DNA from: Candidatus Iainarchaeum sp.
GTDB taxonomy: Archaea > Iainarchaeota > Iainarchaeia > Iainarchaeales > 0-14-0-20-30-16
DNA: 32,000 bases
NCBI GenBank assembly: GCA_028710695.1
Contig: JAQTTP010000005.1
Span: 30,981 to 62,980 of the forward strand
Reading direction: 5' to 3'
Under the pieces are notes generated by a model. That model was not told the origin of the DNA. It made no database searches and saw only the letters and a program-made list of their open reading frames with translations. The translations under genes and the position numbers were made by a program. Within the stretch, counting starts at the first letter, position 1. Each line of letters opens with the position of its first letter. This document shows, one piece after another, positions 1 through 9,537 of this stretch.

Positions 1-882
1 AAACTGAGCTAAATCTAACTTTTTTGGATCCTCTAAAGTAACACATCCAGATCCGTATCCGCCATACTTTCCTTGCAGATAAGTAAGCTTTCTTTCAACA
101 TCATTTATTTTTATTAAGATATTAAAATCATCTAATACAGGCATATTGCCCACATTACAAATATCAAAAGTTAAGGAGTTAATACATTTTTCCTGATGTG
201 GCACAAGATGTATTTTTTGAACAACCAAGTCTGGTGCTTTTTCTATTTTACAAGTCTGGCTACAACCATCTCCTGATTTTACACCGCCATCATCGCATTG
301 CTCACCATCATCTACAACCCCATTTCCGCAGAGCCCTGGAATACAAGTGCCTTTATAACAAATATAACTATCTCCGTAGTCTTTACAGTCTTTTGAAATA
401 TATGTCGGCCAATATTCAAGAAATACGTATTTTTTTTCTACGCCATCTTCAATTATTTTTTTACAATTAGCTTCATAAAGAACAGAACTACTTTTACAAT
501 AATCCGCTATTACTTTACAGCCCTTTTTTGCAGTAGTTAACCCATTGTCATAATAATTAAAGTCTTTAAGAGCATAACCAAAGGCCTTGTCTTTGCTCAA
601 ATAGCTTGTGCCATTATCTTTACAGGCAAAGGAAACATTATTTTCCTCTGCTTTTTCTTGAAGATATGTACAAAAAGAATCATCTGCAACAGTTACATCA
701 GAAACTATTCTACTTATTGCAATTGGATTAGTTACTTTTGTGAGGTCTTTCATCTTATTGTGATCTATAACTGGAATAAAAATATAGCTTTGTTTTACAG
801 TAAAAGAACTTAAAAATCCGAAGGCAAATATTCCTACAACTACAAGCAAAATAAGCAAGAACCCAAAATAGCCTTTATGCAA
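1..882 (-). CDS. Cysteine-rich membrane-anchored/secreted surface protein, partial (C-terminus beyond left edge)
   Basis: Absent from the supplied track because it runs off the edge. My translation of the minus strand in the frame ending at nt 1 is open for 294 codons. TTG at 882-880 precedes a hydrophobic anchor (HKGYFGFLLILLVVVGIFAFGFL); first ATG is at 753. CGNGVVDDGEQCDDGGVKSGDGCSQTC resembles the Myxococcus-type cysteine-rich repeat (DUF4215-like). The following APDLVVQKIHL segment resembles the start of a CARDB domain. Confidence 0.6.
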   Translation of the reverse strand, partial: MHKGYFGFLLILLVVVGIFAFGFLSSFTVKQSYIFIPVIDHNKMKDLTKVTNPIAISRIVSDVTVADDSFCTYLQEKAEENNVSFACKDNGTSYLSKDKAFGYALKDFNYYDNGLTTAKKGCKVIADYCKSSSVLYEANCKKIIEDGVEKKYVFLEYWPTYISKDCKDYGDSYICYKGTCIPGLCGNGVVDDGEQCDDGGVKSGDGCSQTCKIEKAPDLVVQKIHLVPHQEKCINSLTFDICNVGNMPVLDDFNILIKINDVERKLTYLQGKYGGYGSGCVTLEDPKKLDLAQF

Positions 883-912
883 AAATAATCCCTCGTATAA
901 TATGAGGGAATA

Positions 913-2751
913 CTATATATATTTCTTTACTTCGGCCCTTATAAACTCACTAAGCTCTTTCATCTCTGGCTTCTTACCGGTTTGCTTTACAATCTCTTGG
1001 ATTATTGGGCCCATCATTGGATTCAACGCAGACTCCTTTCTCTGCTTTATGAAATCTTTGTTCTTTTCCAGGTATCTTTTTATAATCTCTTTTACTCCTG
1101 CACTTAGCCCTTGTCTCTCAAACTTTTCCAAGATTTCTTTTGGGCTCAGGCCTTGCATCTGTGCTTCCAACAGAAGTTTAAAATCATTCTTATGTACCTT
1201 TCCATCCTTCTGGGCATCTAAGATCCAAACAACCTCTCCAATGCTCTCTTTATCAAGCAACAAAGTCAATTCAGCCAAAGATAGAATATCATAAAGCCCA
1301 ATATAACTCTCAAACTCTCTTGCATGATTACTCTGTGCTACCTGCTCAGAAAGCTGTTTATTTAATCCCATCGAGATATATAGTTTAACTCTTTCAGAAT
1401 ACCACCTAGGCAATTCCTTAACTTTTTTCTTCAACTCTTGTGCGCTTATTTGAATAAAAGGGATATCTGTTTCTGGATACATCCTTGCTGCCCCTGGCAA
1501 AGGCCTCATATACTTTGTAGTACCATCTTCATTTGGAGCCCTTGTCTCTTCTGGAACCCCTTTCTTAAGCATCTCAAGCCTTTCAACTATTCCCTTAAAA
1601 CAAGCTTCGGCCTTTTCCCTACTAGCCACAATCACAAAGATAAATCCATCTTTCTCTTTACAGCCCAGTTCTTTTCTTATCTTTCCAACTTCAGATTCAG
1701 TAATCCCATAATTTGGAAGCTCATCACAATGTATTAAGCCACCAACCCCGCACTTAACTTTAATAAAATCAGAAAGATCAGTTGCAAGCCTTTTATTTGG
1801 TTGTAGTTCAGTACCAAGTAGGCCTTTAGAACCTGTAACTTTGGAGCCTACAATTACTTGTCCTTTACTTAGTGCAGTCTTTATCATTTTGCTTTCTGAC
1901 TTTGCTAATAAAGTTGTAAGATCTTTAAGCTCTATTTTAGGTATTGATATTTTCTTGCCTATTTCTAGGATCTTCTCTTGTCTAATAACCTCATTCCTGA
2001 CATAAACATCGATCAAATCTAGTTCCTGAACTCCTTTTATCTCAATTCTTGCTCCGCCTTTAATTGAGATGTTAATATCCTGCCTTATAGTTCCTAAACC
2101 CCTCTTTGCAAACCCCGTAATTCTAAACAACTCACCAATTTTCATTGCCACTTCTTTTGCCTCTTCTGGGCTTTTTATATCTGGGGCAGTAGTGAACTCT
2201 ATCAAAGGGATTCCAAGCCTATCAAGGCCATACCTAACAAAGCCTTCGCCTTGCTCAATAATTTTACAAGCATCTTCCTCTAAGCAAATTGATTCTACAC
2301 CAATTTTCTTTCCATTAACTTCCAAGATTCCATCCTTTGCTACTTGCATTGTTCTCTGAAACCCCGTTGTGTTGGATCCATTTATTACCATCTTTCGCAT
2401 TATGTAGACAATATCAAAAATAGTGGCATTTGTTTTCAATGCAACCTCAAGCACAGCCTTCAAAGCCACCTTATTAAGTTCGTGTGGTGGTTCCTCATCT
2501 AACTCCACCAAACAAGCATAATCTTTGTGGAACTCGTAAATATACTCTAAATTCTTATTAAATTCCTGCAATGCCGCCTTATCAAATTCCCCTTTTTCAG
2601 AAGCAACAGGCCTAAGCTTTCTAGTAATCGAGTATTCATAAGGTCCATCATTAATATTTGAAGGACAAGAGCAGAAAAGCTTTCCCACATCAAGCTGCTG
2701 ATGGCATTCAAGCCCCACTTTCAAGCCAAGTTTAGAATAATCCAAATCCAT
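913..2751 (-). CDS. gatE: Glutamyl-tRNA(Gln) amidotransferase subunit E (archaeal GatE)
   Basis: 612 aa ORF. N-terminal LKVGLECHQQLD GatB/E signature. Length fits GatE (~610-630 aa) rather than GatB (~480 aa). ATG start. Confidence 0.88.
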   Translation of the reverse strand: MDLDYSKLGLKVGLECHQQLDVGKLFCSCPSNINDGPYEYSITRKLRPVASEKGEFDKAALQEFNKNLEYIYEFHKDYACLVELDEEPPHELNKVALKAVLEVALKTNATIFDIVYIMRKMVINGSNTTGFQRTMQVAKDGILEVNGKKIGVESICLEEDACKIIEQGEGFVRYGLDRLGIPLIEFTTAPDIKSPEEAKEVAMKIGELFRITGFAKRGLGTIRQDINISIKGGARIEIKGVQELDLIDVYVRNEVIRQEKILEIGKKISIPKIELKDLTTLLAKSESKMIKTALSKGQVIVGSKVTGSKGLLGTELQPNKRLATDLSDFIKVKCGVGGLIHCDELPNYGITESEVGKIRKELGCKEKDGFIFVIVASREKAEACFKGIVERLEMLKKGVPEETRAPNEDGTTKYMRPLPGAARMYPETDIPFIQISAQELKKKVKELPRWYSERVKLYISMGLNKQLSEQVAQSNHAREFESYIGLYDILSLAELTLLLDKESIGEVVWILDAQKDGKVHKNDFKLLLEAQMQGLSPKEILEKFERQGLSAGVKEIIKRYLEKNKDFIKQRKESALNPMMGPIIQEIVKQTGKKPEMKELSEFIRAEVKKYI

Positions 2752-2817
2752 GAAGATCCCATTTAAAATAAATATATAACAGAAGAGCAGATTTTTTTAT
2801 ATTTGTATGTCAAAAAC

Positions 2818-3885
2818 TTAAAACAGGGACTTAATTATTTTTTCTCCTGTTTTTCCGTCACCAAAAGGATTTTTCCAGGGTTTTATTTTCTTGTTGTAAT
2901 TATTATACCCACTAATAAATTTAGTATAATCTGATCCCACAAGTTTTGCAGCACCAACATCTAATGCCTGGGGCCTTTCGGTGTTCTCCCTTAATACCAA
3001 ACAAGGCACGCCAAGAATACATGTTTCCTCTTGTATCCCCCCAGAATCAGTAAGAATGATTTTTGCATTTTTCATTAAAGCAAGGCCATCTAAATAACTT
3101 ACCGGATCCACAAAAACTATTCCCTTTCCAGGTTTTAAGTTATACTTCTCAAGATTACTTTTTGTTCTTGGGTGTATAGGAAAAAGGACATTCAACCCAG
3201 TATCTTTACAAAATTGTTCTAAGTTCGCAATTTGTTTACTTAGCGCCTCTTTTGTATCCACATTCGAAGGTCTATGCATAGTTAGATAAACATATTTTCC
3301 CTTTGTTAGGCCATATTTCTTTAATGTTTTTTTCTCATTTACAAGTTTAATATTTTGCAATACTGCATCAACAACAGAATTACCAGTTACAAAAACTTTA
3401 TTCTTTTCAATTCCTTCTTTATAACAAATTTTTGCTTCAAGATCAGTTGGACAAAATAAGTAATCAGAAATATGGTCTGCCATAATTCTATTTATTTCTT
3501 CAGGCATGCCCCAATCATAGCTCCTTAGCCCTGCCTCCACATGTCCAACTTTAATATGTAATTTAGACGCCGCCAATGCTCCTGCCAGGACAGTGTTGGT
3601 ATCACCTTGAACTAATACCACATCTGGTTTTTCTTTCAGCAATACTTCTTCAATTTTTTCAAGCATTTTTCCAGTTTGTTTTCCATGTGTCCCGCTTCCA
3701 ACATTTAAGTTATATTTTGCAGACTTTAAATTCAACTCTTTGAAAAATACTTTATCCATATTTTCTGAGTAGTGCTGATTTGTATGTATTACAAAATAAT
3801 CTATATTTTTATCTTCACAAGCCCTAATAAGGGGGGCCATTTTTATTATCTCCGGCCGAGTTCCAAGTATAAAACAAATCTGCAT
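2818..3885 (-). CDS. wecB: UDP-N-acetylglucosamine 2-epimerase (non-hydrolysing; WecB/WbpI-like)
   Basis: MQICFILGTRPEIIKMAPLI N-terminus and HVEAGLRS motif typical of the epimerase_2 family. Start moved from the track's 3942 to the ATG at 3885, which is preceded by GGTGA (gtaGGTGAaatagacATG) and avoids overlap with the upstream gene's stop at 3897. Confidence 0.85.
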   Translation of the reverse strand: MQICFILGTRPEIIKMAPLIRACEDKNIDYFVIHTNQHYSENMDKVFFKELNLKSAKYNLNVGSGTHGKQTGKMLEKIEEVLLKEKPDVVLVQGDTNTVLAGALAASKLHIKVGHVEAGLRSYDWGMPEEINRIMADHISDYLFCPTDLEAKICYKEGIEKNKVFVTGNSVVDAVLQNIKLVNEKKTLKKYGLTKGKYVYLTMHRPSNVDTKEALSKQIANLEQFCKDTGLNVLFPIHPRTKSNLEKYNLKPGKGIVFVDPVSYLDGLALMKNAKIILTDSGGIQEETCILGVPCLVLRENTERPQALDVGAAKLVGSDYTKFISGYNNYNKKIKPWKNPFGDGKTGEKIIKSLF

Positions 3886-3896
3886 GTCTATTTCAC

Positions 3897-5114
3897 CTAC
3901 AAAACATAATAAAAAGGGTGTGTTTTCAAGCCAGTTAAACAATTTCTGGTATCAAATACGATTGTCTGATCTTTTATTTTTTCTTTAGTAATCTGTTCTA
4001 CAAAATTAGAGTGATTTGTAGTTAAAATAATAATCTCTGCCCAAGCAAGGCCTTCTTTTAAATTATTAAAATCACTTTTATCCAACAAATAAGGGTCATA
4101 TACTTTTACTTCTGCTTTACGCTCTTTTAATAATTGAATTATTTTATAAGCAGGGCTTTCTCTATCATCATCAACATTAGCTTTATAAGCCAACCCCAGA
4201 ACCAATATTTTCGCGCCATTATAATGTAAATTATTTTCATTTAAAACGCTTTGAAGTTTGTCTACAACAAAATAGGGAGCAGCATCATTAATTTCTCTTG
4301 CAAGAGGTACAATTTTACTCGTCTTTGTTGCTTCAGTTAAAAACCAAGGGTCTATAGCAATGCAATGTCCGCCAACACCCGGGCCAGGATACAAAATATT
4401 TACTCGAGGGTGCTTATTAGCCAAATCAATAACTTCCCAAACGTTTATTCCCAAATCATTACAAATTTTTGCAAGTTCATTTGCATAAGCAATGTTTATG
4501 TCTCTAAATGTATTTTCTGTTAACTTACAAACCTCCGCAATAGTGATGTCAGTTAAAAAAATCTTGCCTTTTACAAATGACGAATATATTTCTTTTGCCC
4601 TTAGAGCAGAGGCACTATCTAATCCGCCAATAATTCTGTCATTATTTACAAGTTCATAAAGAGTATTTCCTGGGATTGCTCGCTCCGGACAATGAACTAA
4701 GCCATATTTTTTTCCAGTTTTGTCCAAAATCGGTTTGATTATTTTCTTACAGCAATGAGGGGATATTGTTGATTCAATTATTATCAAATTATCATGATCT
4801 AAAACTTTAGAAATTGTGTTAACTGCATTAAGAACGAATGTCAAATCTATGTGGTGGTTTTTTTCAGGAGTAGGAACAGAAACAATAAAAACATCTGATT
4901 TTTCAAGCTCAGTTGTGGGGATAAAATTTCGTGTTTTTTTACTTTCTTCAAACAGATTAGCTAAGCCGAGTTCACCAAAGGGCAATTTTCCTTGATTTAA
5001 TAATTTTATCTTCTTTTTGTTAATATCATAGCCAGTTACTTTATGCCCGGCCTTTGCCAACAGCAAAGCAAATGGCAAGCCCATATAGCCTAAACCAATT
5101 ATTGTTATATTCAT
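3897..5114 (-). CDS. wecC: UDP-N-acetyl-D-mannosamine / UDP-N-acetyl-D-glucosamine 6-dehydrogenase (WecC/WbpA-like, UDP-glucose/GDP-mannose dehydrogenase family)
   Basis: 405 aa. N-terminal Rossmann IIGLGYMGLP. Catalytic-Cys context GPGVGGHCI. Adjacent to the 2-epimerase. SD AGGTGG 7 nt upstream of the ATG. Confidence 0.8.
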   Translation of the reverse strand: MNITIIGLGYMGLPFALLLAKAGHKVTGYDINKKKIKLLNQGKLPFGELGLANLFEESKKTRNFIPTTELEKSDVFIVSVPTPEKNHHIDLTFVLNAVNTISKVLDHDNLIIIESTISPHCCKKIIKPILDKTGKKYGLVHCPERAIPGNTLYELVNNDRIIGGLDSASALRAKEIYSSFVKGKIFLTDITIAEVCKLTENTFRDINIAYANELAKICNDLGINVWEVIDLANKHPRVNILYPGPGVGGHCIAIDPWFLTEATKTSKIVPLAREINDAAPYFVVDKLQSVLNENNLHYNGAKILVLGLAYKANVDDDRESPAYKIIQLLKERKAEVKVYDPYLLDKSDFNNLKEGLAWAEIIILTTNHSNFVEQITKEKIKDQTIVFDTRNCLTGLKTHPFYYVL

Positions 5115-5124
5115 AATAAACCAC

Positions 5125-6627
5125 CTAAATATTATTGACTTCTATTTTTATTTTTTTGTTCATTTTCCCCTTAAAATAATCCAAAATTAATCTCCAGATC
5201 CTATGTTCTTTTTCTATTCTCCACAATATTGGCAAATACCATGTTGTAAACAATACTGCTTGAATAATCTTTACTATATAATAGTTAATAAATCCATATA
5301 ACCAAAAGTGAGCAAGGAACCATAACAAACCATATCCCACCAACCCATAAAAAAATGGAAATAAATAGTTAAAAACTTCCTTTAAGGCCAATATTTTTGA
5401 ACCAAGTAGCTCTTTATATCCAAAATAATTTACAGTCAGGCCATAAAAAAATATAGATAACATAGTAGTATATGCAATAAATACTGGCCTTAGTTCAAAA
5501 AACAAGACTAGGCAGTTTAACAAAACAATTAGGATGATGAATATTGTACTAACTTTTATTAAAAAGAGCTCCTTATTTTTCCCAATATAATAATTTGTTA
5601 TAAGAACCGGGAAGAATAACATAGAAAAAACAAGTATGTTAATATATTCTGTGCTTAATCCATACTCAGGCAAGATAAATATTATAAAAGGTAATAAAAA
5701 AAGAACTAAAAATGCAATAAAATAAGAAAAACAGGCAATTATTTTTGTTGGAGCAATTATTAATTTTTTTAATAAATCTAATTTTGATAAATTTTGATAG
5801 ATTTGTGGTACAAATGGAACCAATAGAGTGTTTATAAACAAGTATATTATACTCCCAAAAAATAAACCAACTGCATAATATCCTAACTCCAAGCCACCAT
5901 AACCAAATAATATGAAGACTCTATCAATTCCAAAAAATATCAGGTACATAAGGCTTAACAAAAAAACCCAGAACCCACCACGAATTAACAGAATAAAACC
6001 CTTAACATTAAAAACAAGTTTTAAGTTAGATTTAACAAAGAAGTATTGATAGAGCAATACAATAATTAAACCTAACAGGGTACCAAAAAAGAACCCCGGA
6101 ACCCCAAATAATTCAACGAAAGCAACAACAAACAGGATTACCACAATACCCTGCAGAATATTTGTTTTAAAGATTGTTTTGAAATCACTCTTAGATTGTA
6201 AAATAACACCAAAAAAGCTACAGTACAGATAAATAGGTATTAAGAATCCAAGAATCAAAACAGATAATCTAGTTGAAAGGGAATAAGACAAAACAAAAAA
6301 GGCAATAATACCCGCAACCATTGAGAGCAAAGATACTAAAAATAAAAATGTAAATGTAAGGTTTGTAAAATAATCTCTTTTTTTCAAATTAGAAAATTCG
6401 TATGTCTGCCTTTTTTTTGAAAAGTTTTTTAGAGAACCAAGGTGAATATTACTTCCATAATCCAAAATCATTTGCAAGGCATTTTTTACCCCAAAAAGCC
6501 CAGGGCCCAATAAATTTGCAACTACTATACCTTGTATTATACCAAAAAAATTAAGAAAAAGCGTTGAAAACAAAACTTTAGAAGAGTTTAAAATAAATCC
6601 CTTTTTTGTTAACTTTTCTTCAGTCAT
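5125..6627 (-). CDS. Polysaccharide/oligosaccharide flippase (Wzx-like, MOP superfamily)
   Basis: 500 aa, almost entirely hydrophobic with more than 12 predicted helices. Sits inside a sugar-nucleotide/glycosyltransferase cluster. Confidence 0.7.
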   Translation of the reverse strand: MTEEKLTKKGFILNSSKVLFSTLFLNFFGIIQGIVVANLLGPGLFGVKNALQMILDYGSNIHLGSLKNFSKKRQTYEFSNLKKRDYFTNLTFTFLFLVSLLSMVAGIIAFFVLSYSLSTRLSVLILGFLIPIYLYCSFFGVILQSKSDFKTIFKTNILQGIVVILFVVAFVELFGVPGFFFGTLLGLIIVLLYQYFFVKSNLKLVFNVKGFILLIRGGFWVFLLSLMYLIFFGIDRVFILFGYGGLELGYYAVGLFFGSIIYLFINTLLVPFVPQIYQNLSKLDLLKKLIIAPTKIIACFSYFIAFLVLFLLPFIIFILPEYGLSTEYINILVFSMLFFPVLITNYYIGKNKELFLIKVSTIFIILIVLLNCLVLFFELRPVFIAYTTMLSIFFYGLTVNYFGYKELLGSKILALKEVFNYLFPFFYGLVGYGLLWFLAHFWLYGFINYYIVKIIQAVLFTTWYLPILWRIEKEHRIWRLILDYFKGKMNKKIKIEVNNI

Positions 6628-6697
6628 AGATAATTCCTACTAATTAAAGGACTCACAGTATTTTAAATTTAAGCGTTTTTTAAGTTAGTCAAAGTAG

Positions 6698-6904
6698 CTA
6701 AATCTTTATATTGTGCCTAAACCTAGCCTCTGCCGCTTTTTTCAGTGGCCAAACATCAGCAATTAACATATCAGGAATAGTTTTGTCAAGTACAGGAAAA
6801 GCCAGCTCACAGGATTCACAAATAAGGAATAAGCCGCGTTCTTTCACATCGTTTTTACATTTAGGGCAAGCAATAATTTTGAGAAGTTTTTTTGGCACAG
6901 CCAT
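6698..6904 (-). CDS. Trm112/YcaR-like small zinc-ribbon protein
   Basis: 68 aa. LLKIIACPKCKNDV...LICESCELAFPVLDKTIPDML matches the Trm112p/UPF0434 pattern (CPxC...C..C..(F/Y)P(I/V)xDxIPxML). SD GTGAT 3 nt upstream of the ATG, directly after the stop of the upstream methyltransferase gene. Confidence 0.8.
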   Translation of the reverse strand: MAVPKKLLKIIACPKCKNDVKERGLFLICESCELAFPVLDKTIPDMLIADVWPLKKAAEARFRHNIKI

Positions 6905-6913
6905 AAAATCACT

Positions 6914-7603
6914 TTATTTTTTTTGCACCTTTAATATTATTGTTGACCTAAAACGCCCAAGTAAAGGGCCCATAAAATTTAAAGGAGTACTCTCAGCATA
7001 CCTGTGTGTAACATACTTAAAACCAGATCTATCTAATAAACGACATAAGGTAAATATATCCCACGAATAAATATGGTCTAAATGGGTCCCAGTATTACGG
7101 GACTCAGAACTTATTGCTTTTAATCTTTTTTTGCCACGAAAAATTTGTCTTACTATTGAAAAAAGTGATACTGCGTTAGGGGTAGAAATAACTAAGACAC
7201 CTTTTTTATTTAATTGTGATTTAAAAGTATCTAAAAATGCCACTGGATTTGGCACATGTTCTATGACTTCTAAAAAAAGAACACAGTCAAAATCTTTTTT
7301 GTTTATTGATATCTTGCCTTTAGGAATAACTTCAAAAGAAAGATTTGGCAAATTAAATGTATTTTTTGCAATTTTTATGGCATCTGGATTAATATCTATT
7401 CCTATAACTTTTGAATTATGATTTTTTTTTGCAATTAATGCAGAGGTAATTCCAACACCACAGCCGAAATCAAGAATTTTATTACCTTCAACTAATTCAA
7501 GAGTATTTAAAATTCTAGATCCAGGAGATAAAAATAATTTTTTAACATGGGCCACCGCATCATTTAGTTCCCATTCTTTTCCATCCCAATTCACTTTAAC
7601 CAT
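6914..7603 (-). CDS. Class I SAM-dependent methyltransferase
   Basis: 229 aa. Motif I ILDFGCGVGITS, post-I IGIDI, motif II-like DCVLFLEVIEHV. Confidence 0.8.
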   Translation of the reverse strand: MVKVNWDGKEWELNDAVAHVKKLFLSPGSRILNTLELVEGNKILDFGCGVGITSALIAKKNHNSKVIGIDINPDAIKIAKNTFNLPNLSFEVIPKGKISINKKDFDCVLFLEVIEHVPNPVAFLDTFKSQLNKKGVLVISTPNAVSLFSIVRQIFRGKKRLKAISSESRNTGTHLDHIYSWDIFTLCRLLDRSGFKYVTHRYAESTPLNFMGPLLGRFRSTIILKVQKK

Positions 7604-7625
7604 TTAAATCATCCTTTTTGATATA

Positions 7626-8825
7626 TTATTTTATCACAGACTTTTTTATATGTGTTGCTATATCAATCATATTCTCTTCACTTAATCCGGGCCTATTTGG
7701 TAAAGATACTGAACATTTCCAAATATTATTTGTAACAGTTAAATCGGTTGTACGATAATTAGTATATGGTTCGCGTAAATGCAATGGCAAATAAACCCAT
7801 TCTGTTTCTATTCCTTTAGAAGCCAAAGCATTAACAAATTTAATTAAATCCGTAGACCGATTAGGAGCTTTTGATTGTTTTGCTTTTTTCAAACTAACTA
7901 CAAATTTCAAAAATGCATGATCTTTTGAGAATTCTGGCAGAGTAAGTTCATCGATATTACTAAGTCCATCCAAAAGAATTTTTGCATTCCTCTGCCTCAA
8001 TTTTACCATTTTATCTAGCTTTTTAAATTGTTCAATTGTAATGCCGGAAGAAACATTTGGGATATTAAATACATCAAATGAAAAACTATTTTTTAATAAC
8101 TTACGTTTTAGTCCATCTTTTATTGCAAAATAAGGTAAAGTATACTTACGGTATTTACCCCGAAATAAGGCCGCCATAGAATCAGAAAGCACATTTGCAT
8201 ATGTTTTATTTTTCAATTCAAAAGAATACTTTTTTTTACTTAAAAGCACACCACCATAAATTGATTCTACCGGTTTTCCAAGAGCAAAACTAAATATTCC
8301 AAAATCCCCATTAGTACCGGCCCCATCTAAACCCAAATACTGAGCAGCATCATCTATAACAAAAATGTTTTTTTCTTTACAAAAAGTTTTTATCTCCTTC
8401 CAATGCGGAGACTTACCAAATAATCCAGGGACAATAACAGCAATTGTATTTGAAGTATAATTATTTCTAATACCATCAATAGAAATATTAAAATCAATAC
8501 CAACATCAATAAACACAGGAATATAACCCGCTTGAACAATTGGCTGGACTACACCACTACAATTAAAAGAAGAAATTAAAACTTCCTTACGCCCATCTTT
8601 AGGAATCTGACCTAAAGCTAGTTGAATCGCGGACCTACCGAGATTTGTTGGATAAGAATACAAATTGGTTTTATTATTTAACATTTTCACCAGTTTTTCA
8701 GAATGTGACCCCTCAACAAGAGAATTTTCAAAAAAACAATTTTTTAAAATACCAGTTTCATTAGTATCCCAATATGGTACTAAATAAGGTATTTTATAAA
8801 ATTTGCTTAATACTTTATTTAGCAT
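7626..8825 (-). CDS. DegT/DnrJ/EryC1/StrS-family PLP-dependent sugar aminotransferase/dehydratase
   Basis: VIDDAAQ and FSFALGKPV (candidate PLP lysine) motifs. The track start at 8852 is TTG. I prefer the ATG at 8825, preceded by aaaGAGGTaattgtATG and lying 4 nt past the upstream stop. Confidence 0.72.
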   Translation of the reverse strand: MLNKVLSKFYKIPYLVPYWDTNETGILKNCFFENSLVEGSHSEKLVKMLNNKTNLYSYPTNLGRSAIQLALGQIPKDGRKEVLISSFNCSGVVQPIVQAGYIPVFIDVGIDFNISIDGIRNNYTSNTIAVIVPGLFGKSPHWKEIKTFCKEKNIFVIDDAAQYLGLDGAGTNGDFGIFSFALGKPVESIYGGVLLSKKKYSFELKNKTYANVLSDSMAALFRGKYRKYTLPYFAIKDGLKRKLLKNSFSFDVFNIPNVSSGITIEQFKKLDKMVKLRQRNAKILLDGLSNIDELTLPEFSKDHAFLKFVVSLKKAKQSKAPNRSTDLIKFVNALASKGIETEWVYLPLHLREPYTNYRTTDLTVTNNIWKCSVSLPNRPGLSEENMIDIATHIKKSVIK

Positions 8826-8829
8826 ACAA

Positions 8830-9537
8830 TTACCTCTTTTTACAAACAACAAACCGCCTGAAAGAAAAGTATTTCAAAATAGGCATACTTGAAATTAATT
8901 CATCCACCATTTTATTACAAATTATTAAGTCTAAACCTTTTTTAAGAATATTTATTCCTACACGAGGAATAATTTCAAAAGTTCTCTCTTCTACAATATC
9001 AAAACCACAAACATTTAGTGTATGTTTTAATTTTTTATTAGATACAAAAAATTGAGGCACCTTAAATCTTTTTTTTGAGTACAAGGCATTAAGGCTATGA
9101 GAAATACCACAGTCCAATATTAACAAACCCCCCTTTTTTAAAACCCTATTTAATTCTTTTATCACACTATCAAAGGCCTCAATATAATAACAAGTAGAAA
9201 AACAAGTAACCATATCAAAATAATTATTTTTAAAAGACAAATTAAGCAGGTTTCCTTGAACTAAGGTTATATTTTTTAGATTCTGTTTTTCAATAGATTT
9301 CGCAAATTCGGAAAGCATTTCTTGAGAAAAGTCAACTGCAATGATTTTTTCTGCTTTATTAGACATAGGCACAGTATATATTCCATTACCACAACCTGCG
9401 TCAAAAACTATTGATTCACTAGTAATATATTTATTTATAAGTTCTAAACGGATTTTATACAATCCGGAAGCAGCTTTCATAGTTTTTGCCATATTGGCAT
9501 AGTATTTTTTAACTTTATTTTCGTAATTCTTTTTCAT
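8830..9537 (-). CDS. Class I SAM-dependent methyltransferase
   Basis: 235 aa. Motif I VFDAGCGNGIYT, AVDFS, FDMVTCFST. ATGA start/stop overlap with the upstream gene at 9534-9537. Confidence 0.8.
   Translation of the reverse strand: MKKNYENKVKKYYANMAKTMKAASGLYKIRLELINKYITSESIVFDAGCGNGIYTVPMSNKAEKIIAVDFSQEMLSEFAKSIEKQNLKNITLVQGNLLNLSFKNNYFDMVTCFSTCYYIEAFDSVIKELNRVLKKGGLLILDCGISHSLNALYSKKRFKVPQFFVSNKKLKHTLNVCGFDIVEERTFEIIPRVGINILKKGLDLIICNKMVDELISSMPILKYFSFRRFVVCKKR

Noticed and set aside
198-470. Plus-strand ORF with a His-rich stretch (HRHHRIAHHH).
   Set aside because: It is antisense to the much longer Cys-rich protein frame (1-882). The His codons mirror that protein's Asp/Gly/Cys-rich repeat.
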